A stretch of 64,000 nt of DNA from Bacteroidota bacterium (GTDB taxonomy: Bacteria > Bacteroidota > Bacteroidia > Bacteroidales > JAGONC01), in contig JAKLFC010000005.1 in the NCBI GenBank assembly GCA_022711405.1, positions 134,278-198,277 on the forward strand, given 5' to 3'. How positions within the stretch are numbered: the stretch's first letter is position 1; every line of letters starts with the position of its first letter. The position numbers and the translations under genes are program-made. Positions 25,735 to 34,956 of this stretch are shown here, in pieces. Below the pieces are notes generated by a model. It saw only the letters and a list, made by a program, of their open reading frames with translations. It made no database searches and had not been told where the DNA came from.

Positions 25735-27723
25735 ATGTTACAAAGAATCTGTCTTTCGATCGTTGTTTGTCTGGCAGTGATACCATTTCTCACTGCTCAG
25801 ACAAAGTACGGTAGCGGTGGGGAGTACTGCTCCCATGCCAAGTCATCCCGCCACCATGTGCTCCAGCCACGGGGTCCTAATTCTCCAAGTCATCCGTATG
25901 ATGTGCTGGAATATAAGCTGGATCTCGACCTGTATTCCAATTTTGTCAGCCCTTACCCGAAGTCCTTTTCCGGTTCGGCAACGATTCATATCCGGGTGGA
26001 TTCCATCCTGAACAGCATCGACTTCAATGCAGGTAATTATTCTTTACAGATCGATTCGGTCGGTATGTCAGGTTTGTATTTTGAACATGCTAACGATACG
26101 CTCAGGGTGGACCTTGACAATATCTATTATCCGGGTGATTCGCTTTATGTGCAGATTTTTTATCAGCATAGGAATGTGACCGATAATAACTTCAATGTCG
26201 GCGGCGGGATGGTTTTCACCGATAGTGAACCACAGGGGGCGAGAAACTGGTTCCCCTGCTGGGACCAGCCTTCGGATAAAGCCAGGCTGGATCTGACAGC
26301 CAAGGTCCCTGCGACGGCTAAGCTTGGTTCCAACGGCAGGCTGGCCGACTCGACCCATGTTGCAGATACGATATGGTACCATTGGATCTCAAAGGATCCC
26401 GTGGCTACGTACCTGATCGTCATGGCCGGCCGCAACAATTACAACCTGGATATCGTCTACTGGCCCCGCTTATCCAATCCGCAGGACACCCTGCCCATCC
26501 GTTTCTATTCTAACCCGGGAGAAAATCCCACCGCCATCAAGAACATGATCGGATCATTGGCCGATTTTTTCGCTCAGACCTATTGTGATCATCCTTTTGA
26601 AAAGGATGGATTTGCCACGCTGAACAACCTGTTTCAGTGGGGTGGCATGGAAAACCAGACACTGACCTGCCTGTGCCCGAACTGCTGGGATGAGATGCTG
26701 ATCGTCCATGAATTCAGCCATCAGTGGTTTGGCGACATGATCACCTGTGGCACCTGGGCCGACCTGTGGCTCAACGAAGGATTTGCCAATTTCAGTGAAG
26801 CGCTCTGGCTTGAGGAAAAAGAGGGGTATGGAGCCTACAAGGATGAAATTGAGTCCAATGCCTCCAGTTATCTCTATGGCAATCCCGGCTGGCCCATCTA
26901 TAACCCCTCATGGGCCGTCACCCCTCCAGGGGATAACATTCTTTTCAATTATGCCATCACATACGCCAAATCAGCATGTGTCCTGCATCTTTTTCGCTAT
27001 GTTGCCGGCGATTCCCTCTTTTTTGAATGCATCCATCAATATGCAGGCGACAGCGTCCGTTTCAGGTACCAATCGGTAGTTACGCAGGATTTTATTGATA
27101 AAATGAACGAAGTGACGGGTAAGGATTATGCATGGTTCTTCCATCAATGGCTTACGTACCCCGACCATCCTGTGTATGCCAACACCTACAATTTTACAAA
27201 GATCCATGATCAGCTATGGGATGTATGGTTCAGGGCCAGCCAGGTGCAGTCTGACGGGCAGTTCTTTGCCATGCCCCTGGAACTGCAAATTGGATTCAGC
27301 GACGGATCCGATACCCTGGTAAAGGTATTCCATTCAGCTAATAATCAGGAATTTATGTTCGCATTTGCGAAAGAGCCCGTATCACTGGTTTTTGACCCTG
27401 ACAACCAGATCGTACTGAAACAGGGCACCACTGTGGTAGGAACCGGTGAAGGCTCCTTACCGGGCCAGAGGCTTGAATACACGCTTCATCCCAATCCTTT
27501 GGATCAATCGGCACAGGTGATGATTAGAACCACTGAAGAAGCCCCGCTGATGGTAACATTGCTTGACGGAACCGGGATGACCGTTGCAGTTCTGATGAAT
27601 GAGAACAAGCCTGCCGGAGAATATTACCTGATGATCGAAAGGGATGGACTGCCCGGTGGTATCTATTTTCTGAGGATGGAATCGGGGATTGCCAGGGCTA
27701 CCGCAAAGCTGGTCATACGATGA
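25735..27723 (+). CDS. M1-family zinc aminopeptidase with T9SS C-terminal sorting domain
   Basis: It has a signal peptide, HEFSHQWFGD (HExxH), WLNEGFANF (the distal Glu) and the tail HPNPLD...GIYFLRM...KLVIR. Confidence 0.85.
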   Translation: MLQRICLSIVVCLAVIPFLTAQTKYGSGGEYCSHAKSSRHHVLQPRGPNSPSHPYDVLEYKLDLDLYSNFVSPYPKSFSGSATIHIRVDSILNSIDFNAGNYSLQIDSVGMSGLYFEHANDTLRVDLDNIYYPGDSLYVQIFYQHRNVTDNNFNVGGGMVFTDSEPQGARNWFPCWDQPSDKARLDLTAKVPATAKLGSNGRLADSTHVADTIWYHWISKDPVATYLIVMAGRNNYNLDIVYWPRLSNPQDTLPIRFYSNPGENPTAIKNMIGSLADFFAQTYCDHPFEKDGFATLNNLFQWGGMENQTLTCLCPNCWDEMLIVHEFSHQWFGDMITCGTWADLWLNEGFANFSEALWLEEKEGYGAYKDEIESNASSYLYGNPGWPIYNPSWAVTPPGDNILFNYAITYAKSACVLHLFRYVAGDSLFFECIHQYAGDSVRFRYQSVVTQDFIDKMNEVTGKDYAWFFHQWLTYPDHPVYANTYNFTKIHDQLWDVWFRASQVQSDGQFFAMPLELQIGFSDGSDTLVKVFHSANNQEFMFAFAKEPVSLVFDPDNQIVLKQGTTVVGTGEGSLPGQRLEYTLHPNPLDQSAQVMIRTTEEAPLMVTLLDGTGMTVAVLMNENKPAGEYYLMIERDGLPGGIYFLRMESGIARATAKLVIR

Positions 27724-28705
27724 ACAGTCGCACGAGGGCGTAAATTCCTGCCGCTACAGCCATGCTGCCGGGAATGGTAAGGATCCATGCGATCACGATA
27801 TTACCGGCAATTCCCCACCTGACCGATGACAAGCGTTTGGTCATCCCCACCCCTATGATAGAGCCTGTGATGGTATGTGTCGTGCTTACAGGGATCCCGC
27901 CGAGGGAACTGCCGATGATCGTTATGGCTCCTGCCGTTTCTGCACAGAAACCCTGGAAAGGCTTCAGGTTGGTGAGTGACAGACCCAGCGTTTTGATGAC
28001 CTTCCATCCACCGGCCAGGGTACCAAGAGATATGGACGAATAGGCTGCAATGATTACCCATGTGGGGATGTGAAATTCAGACCCAAGATGCCCTGTTGTG
28101 TATAACAGTACAGCAATAATTCCCATCGTTTTCTGCGCATCGTTGGTTCCATGGCCGAGGCTGAAGACTGCTGAGGAGAAAAGCTGCATTACCCTGAAAA
28201 GGGAATCCACCCGGCGTGGAGAAGACTTTCGGAATATGAACAGCGTAGCAATGGAGATAAGGTACGATAGAACCATCCCGATCAGGGGAGATAGCACAAT
28301 GAAGAGGGCTACCTTTAAAACCCCGGAGGAGATGATGGCATCGGAACCGCCAACGATGAGCGCCGGTCCGATCAGGCCTCCTATCAGGGCATGCGACACA
28401 CTGATCGGTAACCCGATGTGGGTACAGGTATAGGTCCAGATGATCGCACCCACCAGGGCGGAAAAGATGATGTACTTGTCGATCATATCCGGATCAACGA
28501 TTCCCTTGCCAATGGTTGTGGCAACGTGAACCCCAAAAATGAAGACGGCTGCAAAGTTGAAGAAGGCAGCCCATGCCACTCCCATAAGGGGTGTGAGGAC
28601 CTTGGTGGACACAACGGTGGCAATGGAATTGGCAGCGTCGTTCATGCCGTTCAGGAAATCGAACAGTAACGCCAGCGTAATGGTAATGATGACAAGGATA
28701 TCCAT
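27713..28705 (-). CDS. Inorganic phosphate transporter, PiT family
   Basis: 330 aa. The sequence contains GMNDAANSIATVVST and a repeated GTNDAQKTMG-type signature. About 10 TM segments. Confidence 0.85.
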   Translation of the reverse strand: MDILVIITITLALLFDFLNGMNDAANSIATVVSTKVLTPLMGVAWAAFFNFAAVFIFGVHVATTIGKGIVDPDMIDKYIIFSALVGAIIWTYTCTHIGLPISVSHALIGGLIGPALIVGGSDAIISSGVLKVALFIVLSPLIGMVLSYLISIATLFIFRKSSPRRVDSLFRVMQLFSSAVFSLGHGTNDAQKTMGIIAVLLYTTGHLGSEFHIPTWVIIAAYSSISLGTLAGGWKVIKTLGLSLTNLKPFQGFCAETAGAITIIGSSLGGIPVSTTHTITGSIIGVGMTKRLSSVRWGIAGNIVIAWILTIPGSMAVAAGIYALVRLFIV

Positions 28706-28720
28706 CGGAAGAATTTATGG

Positions 28721-29368
28721 TCAGGCAACCTTGATGATAATGGTCTTCAGCACGTCAGAAACGTCCTCAAGCCTGTCTGCAGCCCGTTCCATAGTCATGA
28801 TGATCTCTCTTTTCTTGATCAGCTCAATCGCGTCTTTCTCATTGTCGAAAAGATCTGAAAGAAAGATATGATACAGATCGTCGGACGCATTTTCGATCTC
28901 GTTGATCCGGATGCAGGCCTTGGATATTTTTTCAGGTCTTTTCAGGTTCTTCAGCTCCTTGACTGCATTATTGAGTTCAGTGATGCCTTCAATGAGCAGA
29001 TCTGTAAATTTCACGAATTCGGGAGGAAATTTTTTAGGCTTGAACAACCGGATCCGCTGGCTCGAGCCGTTGATGAAATCCAGCACGTCGTCGGAAGTGG
29101 AAGCCAGTTTGTGGACATCCTCCCTGTCGAACGGAGTGATAAAGGTCTTGTCCAGCTCATCGAAGATCCGGTGCGCGATCTCATCCCCCTGGGTCTCCAG
29201 GTCTTTGATATGGGTGAAAAGGATTTCTCTTTCTTCCTGTAATTCTGTAAGGAACACTTTACGCAGTGCTACTGCGGCTTCAAGGGTCAGGGCAGCCGAT
29301 TCTTCAAATAAAGGAAAGAATTTTTTTTCCCTGGGAACCAGTTTTCTGAAAAACGTTTGAAAACCCAT
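28721..29368 (-). CDS. DUF47/TIGR00153 PhoU-like protein associated with PiT
   Basis: 215 aa helical protein immediately upstream of PiT. The N-terminus LVPREKKFFPLFEE is typical of the family. Confidence 0.75.
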   Translation of the reverse strand: MGFQTFFRKLVPREKKFFPLFEESAALTLEAAVALRKVFLTELQEEREILFTHIKDLETQGDEIAHRIFDELDKTFITPFDREDVHKLASTSDDVLDFINGSSQRIRLFKPKKFPPEFVKFTDLLIEGITELNNAVKELKNLKRPEKISKACIRINEIENASDDLYHIFLSDLFDNEKDAIELIKKREIIMTMERAADRLEDVSDVLKTIIIKVA

Positions 29369-29426
29369 GGTCAGATCGAAATTAGAAAATGAATACTCCG
29401 GAAAGTGATCTATTGATTGCGGGCTT

Positions 29427-29434
29427 CAAATATA
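29427..29434 (-). promoter_or_regulatory. -7 box (TATATTTG) upstream of the DUF47-PiT pair
   Basis: TAnnTTTG on the minus strand, about 58 nt upstream of the ATG at 29368. Confidence 0.35.
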
Positions 29435-29502
29435 AAGAGAGGAGTTCATTCCATCCCTGAATTCGCAAATAACTTATTCACAAATTAGGAACAGTTTTCC
29501 TT

Positions 29503-32500
29503 TTACCGTACCATGATCTTCCTGACCAGCGTGGTGCTGCTGTTTTCCAGGTAAAGAACATAAGTGCCGGAAGAAACATCTTTCAATCCGATCTCCATCT
29601 CCTGTGTCCCTGTCCAGGTAACGTTCTTTTTCTCATAAACAACACTATTCAGGGCATTGAGGACTTTCAGGTCAAAGATGTCTTCGCGTGTCGTTGTCAT
29701 CCGCAGCGTGAAGGTACCGTTGCTGGGATTCGGAAACAGGGTGATCTGGTCGATCGTGGTCTTTTCTTCCAGTCCGCCGCAGATATCCAGGATTACCTGG
29801 ATGGATTCCGACCACGCGCCTTCGCCACAGTCATTCACTCCCCTGACAGTGACATGGGCAATACCTGTCCATTGTTGATTCCAGGCTATTATGCCTGTGG
29901 TGTCACTGCCGGTGATGACTCCTGCCTCCGGCGGGTTGATGGACCATTCATACAATGAAGCAAATTCAGTTACGGACGTGACATAATATGATGTATCGAC
30001 AAAATTGATGCAGACATAGGTTTCTCCCACGGGTGCCGCTGGTTGCAGGGGCAACGGTTCAAGGGTTACCTGCAGGGGCTCAGAGACGGGACCTTCACCG
30101 CAGTCGTTGACTCCGAGTACCGAAAGTTCCGCCGTTCCCCAGAATTCAGGGGTCCACACCACGGAAAGGGATGTGCCATCGGCAGTGAGGACACCTGCTT
30201 CCTCCGGATTCAGGTTCCACAGGTACGATGACGCACCAGCGATGGAGGTAACAGAGTAGGTTGTTGTTCCGGCATTCTGGCAGAGCATTTCCGGGCCAGC
30301 GGGCGTCGAGGCCGGAGCAGGGAGCGGTGTGACCGTGACAGTCATGGAACCGGAGACGTCCCCGCAGGGATAAAGCCCTGTGAGAACCAGTGTGAGCCCG
30401 AAGGAGCCGTTCGCGATATCACCGGGCCCTGGCGTGTATGCAGCCGACAGGAGGGTGTTATCATCAAAGGTTCCATCGCCTGATGTTGTCCATGTCAGGG
30501 AGGCATAATTCTCCGCAATGGTCCCCTCTGTGGAGAAAATCTCACCGGCACAAATCGTAAAGTTTTCTTCCATTTCAAGGAATGGCGTTCCCTGGATGGA
30601 AAGCTGCATGTCGTCGCTCACCTGGTCGGTTTCATCAAAGGCGGTAAGCGTCAGGGTGACGTCGCCGTTCTGGATATCGCCTGGTCCGGGCGTGTAATCC
30701 GGTTTGAGGATGGCCGGATTGCTGAAGGTGCCATCTCCGGAGGTGGTCCACAAAACCGATGTCTGGTTGTTGGCAGTGCCCGAAAGCGTAAAGGGGCTTC
30801 CCTCGCAGATCGTTGCATTGGGGCCGGCATTTGCCAGGAGCTGCTCCAGCAGCGGGAAGGTAACATAATCTATCCAGACCCGGTCTTCGCCGCCCGTACT
30901 GCCTCCATCCTTGGTGTATCTCCACTCAAACGTATGGATGCCTCCTGTGGTGATAATGAAGGATTCTTCAGACCAGTCCGTTTCCCCCGACCATTCGCCC
31001 AGAACAGTCCCATCCATGAGGAATTGGAGGATATCCGCACCCGGCTGGGTGCTGGTCTTTTTCCAGAAACTCATGGATGTGGCAAAAGGAGAAAATTTGA
31101 CCTCCAGGTCTATCATGAGGGAGGAAGACTGGCTATGTCCAATCTGTCCTGATGCTGCAGAATAGGTGCCGTTTCTTTTTTCCTCTGTATTGATCACCCA
31201 GTTGGCGTTACCGCTGAAGGACCATTCGTTTTTGGAAAAATTTCCTGTTTCAAAATCTTCATCAGGCCGTGCCTCCGTTGAAAATGACCATATTGGGCTT
31301 AGCGCTGATCCGAATGAATTGATTGATTTCACTCTCCAGAAGTACTGTTCCTGAAAGTTGAAATCGGCCTGGGGGATATAGAACGTATCCTGCACAGTGG
31401 CGCCATTGACAATATTTGTCGGCGGATTGTCGGTTCCCAGGTACAGCCTGAAGGAGGAAGAGCGGTTATTGAAATCCTTCCAGTGCAGGGCAGCAAACGG
31501 TTCGACGTTGTTGGCCCCGTTGGATGGTATTGGATCTGAGGCGGGGTTGGGTGTGGTGGGTGTGGTGAAGGGAGACACATAAGTCATGGCGGCTCCGGTA
31601 CGGTTGTCCGTCCAGCATGGAACGACCACACCACCCCTGGCAGAGATGCCCAGGTAATCGCCGAAATAACCGCTGGCTGTTCCGGGGATCGGGGTGGGTG
31701 AGAAGGCTACATCGCTTACCCTGAAGTCATCCCAGGTCTGCCCGCCATCCATTGAGTTGGCAACCCAGGTCTCCACCTGATTGCTTGACACATTGCGGTC
31801 ATCATAAAAAATGACACTCAGTGTCCCGGTCACCGGATCACAGGCGATCCAGGGGAAATAATGTTTCTTACCGGTACTCATGGGATCCTGGTTTACTTTG
31901 ATGGGTGTTGACCATGTAGTGCCGCCATCGGTGGATCTGATCATGTACACATAAATGTCAGGACCCTGGTTGGTGCCGGGGACGCCCACATTGGGCCATA
32001 CGACATAGATGTTTCCTGAGTAGGAGCTGTTGCTGATGTCAACCGCCATGGAGGGAAAGGAGTTCACACGGTGGTTCTTACCGGCAGTTGTATTCCGTAT
32101 CCCCTTGATGTTTTGAATAATCCGCTGTGCGGGCTGGAAGGTGGCACCCCCGTCCAGAGAAGCGGCAAATCCCAGTGCATTTTCATCGCCAGGCCAGTTG
32201 TCATAGATGGCCCATACCGCATAGACCTCACCCGCCGGGCCGGTCTGCAGGTTCACTCCCTGGTTGTGGCTTCCGGCATTGATTGCTTCGCTGATCATGA
32301 TCTTTTGCTGCCAGCTCAGTCCCCCATCGGTGGACCTTGCCACTTCGATCTCATTGTCGCTGGAACCGCCAAAGGATGTCCAACCGGAATACAGATTGCC
32401 CTCGTACGGGCTGCTGGTACTGTTATCAATCGTCAGATGGTTCTTGTCGAGCAGGCTGCTGAAACCGGAGGGTTTGGGAGCAATGGTCACCGAAATCCAC

Positions 32501-33069
32501 GTCTGTCCCTGGTCGGAAGAGTAGGAGCAGCTCTGCCCGCTTCCACTGTTAATGAATCCGTTATAGAACCATCCGTTGGTGCCAATGGCTACGGACGGGT
32601 CCCCTGAATTGGTTCCGCCTGTGCCATAGATCGTTCCTTCCCAGGATTCACCCGTGTCGAACGAGTAAAGTCCGTCGGCGCCATACAGCGTGCCTCCGGA
32701 TGAGGAGAGTGAATTATTGGAGTTCAGGATCGTTTCCACTTCTCCCGGATCAATGAACACAGAATTTTCGCTCTGCGTCGAGCCTGCATCCGTCACAGCT
32801 ACATCAGGCGAGTCCTCAATGGTCACGCTTCTGGACTTAATGGATGAACCCTTATACTGTGCCGGTTCAGAGATCACATTGGGATTCAGCCTGGTGAGCC
32901 CAAGACGGGCCATCCGCAGCCAGTACCCCTGGTTGTCAATGTAGGTCTGAACCTGGTAGCCCTCTGGCACGTTCTCGTCATCAGCGGATGAACCGGCATT
33001 TTGTGCGGAAAGGGTGAAAGGGATGATGAAAAACAAACAGAAGGAACCAATAAGGAATGATGTACGCAT
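29503..33069 (-). CDS. Large secreted T9SS cargo protein. It has a BNR/sialidase-like beta-propeller, FN3-like and jelly-roll-like domains, two copies of the 88-aa ANAG/WTTSGDGTF repeat, two PKD-like domains and a CTD.
   Basis: Six S-x-D-x-G-x-(T/S)-(W/F) motifs are present: SFDTGESW, SSDQGQTW, STDGGLSW, SLDGGATF, STDGGTTW, SMDGGQTW. The repeats span nt ~30335-30845, the VNDCGEG PKD-like units ~29790-30335, and the tail LFPNPSNGTF...GTYVLYL...KIMVR closes the protein. Confidence 0.8.
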   Translation of the reverse strand: MRTSFLIGSFCLFFIIPFTLSAQNAGSSADDENVPEGYQVQTYIDNQGYWLRMARLGLTRLNPNVISEPAQYKGSSIKSRSVTIEDSPDVAVTDAGSTQSENSVFIDPGEVETILNSNNSLSSSGGTLYGADGLYSFDTGESWEGTIYGTGGTNSGDPSVAIGTNGWFYNGFINSGSGQSCSYSSDQGQTWISVTIAPKPSGFSSLLDKNHLTIDNSTSSPYEGNLYSGWTSFGGSSDNEIEVARSTDGGLSWQQKIMISEAINAGSHNQGVNLQTGPAGEVYAVWAIYDNWPGDENALGFAASLDGGATFQPAQRIIQNIKGIRNTTAGKNHRVNSFPSMAVDISNSSYSGNIYVVWPNVGVPGTNQGPDIYVYMIRSTDGGTTWSTPIKVNQDPMSTGKKHYFPWIACDPVTGTLSVIFYDDRNVSSNQVETWVANSMDGGQTWDDFRVSDVAFSPTPIPGTASGYFGDYLGISARGGVVVPCWTDNRTGAAMTYVSPFTTPTTPNPASDPIPSNGANNVEPFAALHWKDFNNRSSSFRLYLGTDNPPTNIVNGATVQDTFYIPQADFNFQEQYFWRVKSINSFGSALSPIWSFSTEARPDEDFETGNFSKNEWSFSGNANWVINTEEKRNGTYSAASGQIGHSQSSSLMIDLEVKFSPFATSMSFWKKTSTQPGADILQFLMDGTVLGEWSGETDWSEESFIITTGGIHTFEWRYTKDGGSTGGEDRVWIDYVTFPLLEQLLANAGPNATICEGSPFTLSGTANNQTSVLWTTSGDGTFSNPAILKPDYTPGPGDIQNGDVTLTLTAFDETDQVSDDMQLSIQGTPFLEMEENFTICAGEIFSTEGTIAENYASLTWTTSGDGTFDDNTLLSAAYTPGPGDIANGSFGLTLVLTGLYPCGDVSGSMTVTVTPLPAPASTPAGPEMLCQNAGTTTYSVTSIAGASSYLWNLNPEEAGVLTADGTSLSVVWTPEFWGTAELSVLGVNDCGEGPVSEPLQVTLEPLPLQPAAPVGETYVCINFVDTSYYVTSVTEFASLYEWSINPPEAGVITGSDTTGIIAWNQQWTGIAHVTVRGVNDCGEGAWSESIQVILDICGGLEEKTTIDQITLFPNPSNGTFTLRMTTTREDIFDLKVLNALNSVVYEKKNVTWTGTQEMEIGLKDVSSGTYVLYLENSSTTLVRKIMVR

Positions 33070-33116
33070 AATTTGTGAATTTAATGACTCTCTGAAGCAC
33101 TCATTGAAATTGGGTG

Positions 33117-33124
33117 CAAAGATA
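33117..33124 (-). promoter_or_regulatory. -7 box (TATCTTTG) upstream of the BNR-propeller gene
   Basis: TAnnTTTG on the minus strand, about 48 nt upstream of the ATG at 33069. Confidence 0.4.
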
Positions 33125-33163
33125 ATCTTTTAATAATTATGTCCGTGAAAAGTAGAGTGGATC

Positions 33164-33853
33164 CTATGAGGGTTTGCCTAAGAAAAGGATATTGTTCTGA
33201 AGGTTCTTCCCTGCGCCGGACAGGCAGAATGCGATGCTCTCTGCAATGTGGACAGGCGAGACCCACCTTGCGAAATCGGCCTGTGGCATGGCTTTTCTGT
33301 TGGCCGGAGTGTCAATGGTCGTGGGTACGATGACCGATGCGGTGATGTTCTTATCCGCCCCTTCCGCATTGATGTATCCAGCCAGCCCGACCACCATGGC
33401 TTTGCTGAGGGAATAGCCAAAAAAAGCGGTTCCCTCATGAGGGATAAGCGCAGGTCGTGAACCAGTGAGAATGAATTGCCCTCCTGCGTTGCTTTTCTCA
33501 AACCAGGAAAACAAGGGCCTGACCATGTGAAACGCCGTAAAGAAATTCAACCGGATCATATGCTCCAGCATCTCATCGCTGGTTTGCTGAAGTCTCCCCA
33601 TGGCAAATCCCCCGACAAGCAATACCGCGGCCTTTATGTCAGGATACTGGTCAGCCAGTGATGTGACCAGTTCATCCGTTTTATGTTCATTGCCAAGATC
33701 CGCTTCCTTAGTGATCAGGCTGGAATGTCGTGGCAGCTGACCGGCCCCTCCGGGCCCTGTTATCGCAATGATCCGATAGCCGACTGACAGGAGATGCTCC
33801 GTGACAACCAGCCCCAGGTTTCCGTTGGCACCTGTGATAATGACCGTTGACAT
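33164..33853 (-). CDS. Short-chain dehydrogenase/reductase (classical SDR)
   Basis: ITGANGNLG (TGxxxGxG) and YSLSK (YxxxK) are present. 229 aa. Confidence 0.75.
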   Translation of the reverse strand: MSTVIITGANGNLGLVVTEHLLSVGYRIIAITGPGGAGQLPRHSSLITKEADLGNEHKTDELVTSLADQYPDIKAAVLLVGGFAMGRLQQTSDEMLEHMIRLNFFTAFHMVRPLFSWFEKSNAGGQFILTGSRPALIPHEGTAFFGYSLSKAMVVGLAGYINAEGADKNITASVIVPTTIDTPANRKAMPQADFARWVSPVHIAESIAFCLSGAGKNLQNNILFLGKPS

Positions 33854-33886
33854 ATCATGATGAATTTATGTTTATTTAATAGTAAT

Positions 33887-34000
33887 GACCCCGCCCCCTT
33901 CACCCCCTCCCCTTCAGGGGAGGGGGACAGGGGGAGAGGTCATCAAGGGTAAATTCCCCGGTGCTTGCACCGGAATTAGAGACCAGGGCTTGCCCTGGGG
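33887..34000. repeat. GC-rich compound palindrome, copy 2, with two downstream hairpin modules
   Basis: The sequence reads gaccccgccccc-ttca-ccccctcccc-ttca-ggggaggggg-acag-ggggagaggtc, then aagggtaaattccccggtgcttgcaccggaatt, then ccagggcttgccctgg. Confidence 0.75.
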
Positions 34001-34013
34001 TTCGTACGTGCGA

Positions 34014-34901
34014 TCATATTCCTCCCGGAAATGCCCATAGCTTCAATCCGTATTTTCCGGTCTTTGTATTGAACACGATCTCATTGGTACCGGTTTCCTC
34101 AATGTAGGCAAGGGTTTTCAGATACTGATCCGTACCCTTTCGCAACCATTCCGGGAGATCCGTATCCTGTTCGATCTGCATCAGCGCTTTCATTTCTTCC
34201 ACCAGTTCGTCCAGTTTTTCCACAGGGGTCTTGATCCCCAGCAGGTCCTTTGTCCGCATGGATGCCACAACGGAGAACGTGAGCTCTTTCACGGATCGGG
34301 TGATCGCCTGTCCGATCAGGTCCATTTTCGCAAGATGCTCGATCCTGTGCTTTCGCAGGATGATCTCTTCCTCCGAAAAGATGAAACTCAGCAAGTCCCC
34401 GTAGTAGGCCAGGCTGATGATGACCATATCCCGGAGTTCGGGAAGTTCGTTGCCCAGCACCAGGTCCCTGACCCTGGATTTAATTTCCCTGATCTCCCGG
34501 TCGTCGGCTACAGGATATTTTTTTGATGCATATCCGAGGAAGATGTGCTGTTTACTTACTTTAAGTATTTTTTTGTGCAGGAGGCCCTCGAGGACAGACT
34601 TTCTGATATGTTCGGCCCGTTCGGTTATTCTTCTGATCCAGTACGTGATCGTTTCCTGCCTCGGAGCGTGAAAGATCCAATCCAGCACCTCATCCAGCAG
34701 TTCATCACCGGTGGGAGTTTCCTGTTCAGGGATGATATGCTCCATGTCGGTGTCGATGCGATGCCGGAGTGCCAGATCCATCAGGATGGAGGCAGCCAGT
34801 GTGATCTCGAATTTTTTATGCTTGAAGTCGATCTTCTGGCCCCCTCTTTTATGGATTGGCAACAGGTAGATTTCTTCAGGGATCGAAAGAAGGAGTTCCA
34901 T
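34014..34901 (-). CDS. GPP34/GOLPH3-like family protein (tentative)
   Basis: The N-terminal pattern LSIPEEIYLLPIHKRGG...ITLAASILMDLALRHRI resembles bacterial GPP34 proteins (LAEELLLLA...LAGALLAELAL). The C-terminal ~100 aa are unassigned. Confidence 0.4.
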   Translation of the reverse strand: MELLLSIPEEIYLLPIHKRGGQKIDFKHKKFEITLAASILMDLALRHRIDTDMEHIIPEQETPTGDELLDEVLDWIFHAPRQETITYWIRRITERAEHIRKSVLEGLLHKKILKVSKQHIFLGYASKKYPVADDREIREIKSRVRDLVLGNELPELRDMVIISLAYYGDLLSFIFSEEEIILRKHRIEHLAKMDLIGQAITRSVKELTFSVVASMRTKDLLGIKTPVEKLDELVEEMKALMQIEQDTDLPEWLRKGTDQYLKTLAYIEETGTNEIVFNTKTGKYGLKLWAFPGGI

Positions 34902-34956
34902 ATCTTGATGGTTTTATGATCGTAATGACAGGGATGACTTCATTTGTATCTCGTTG

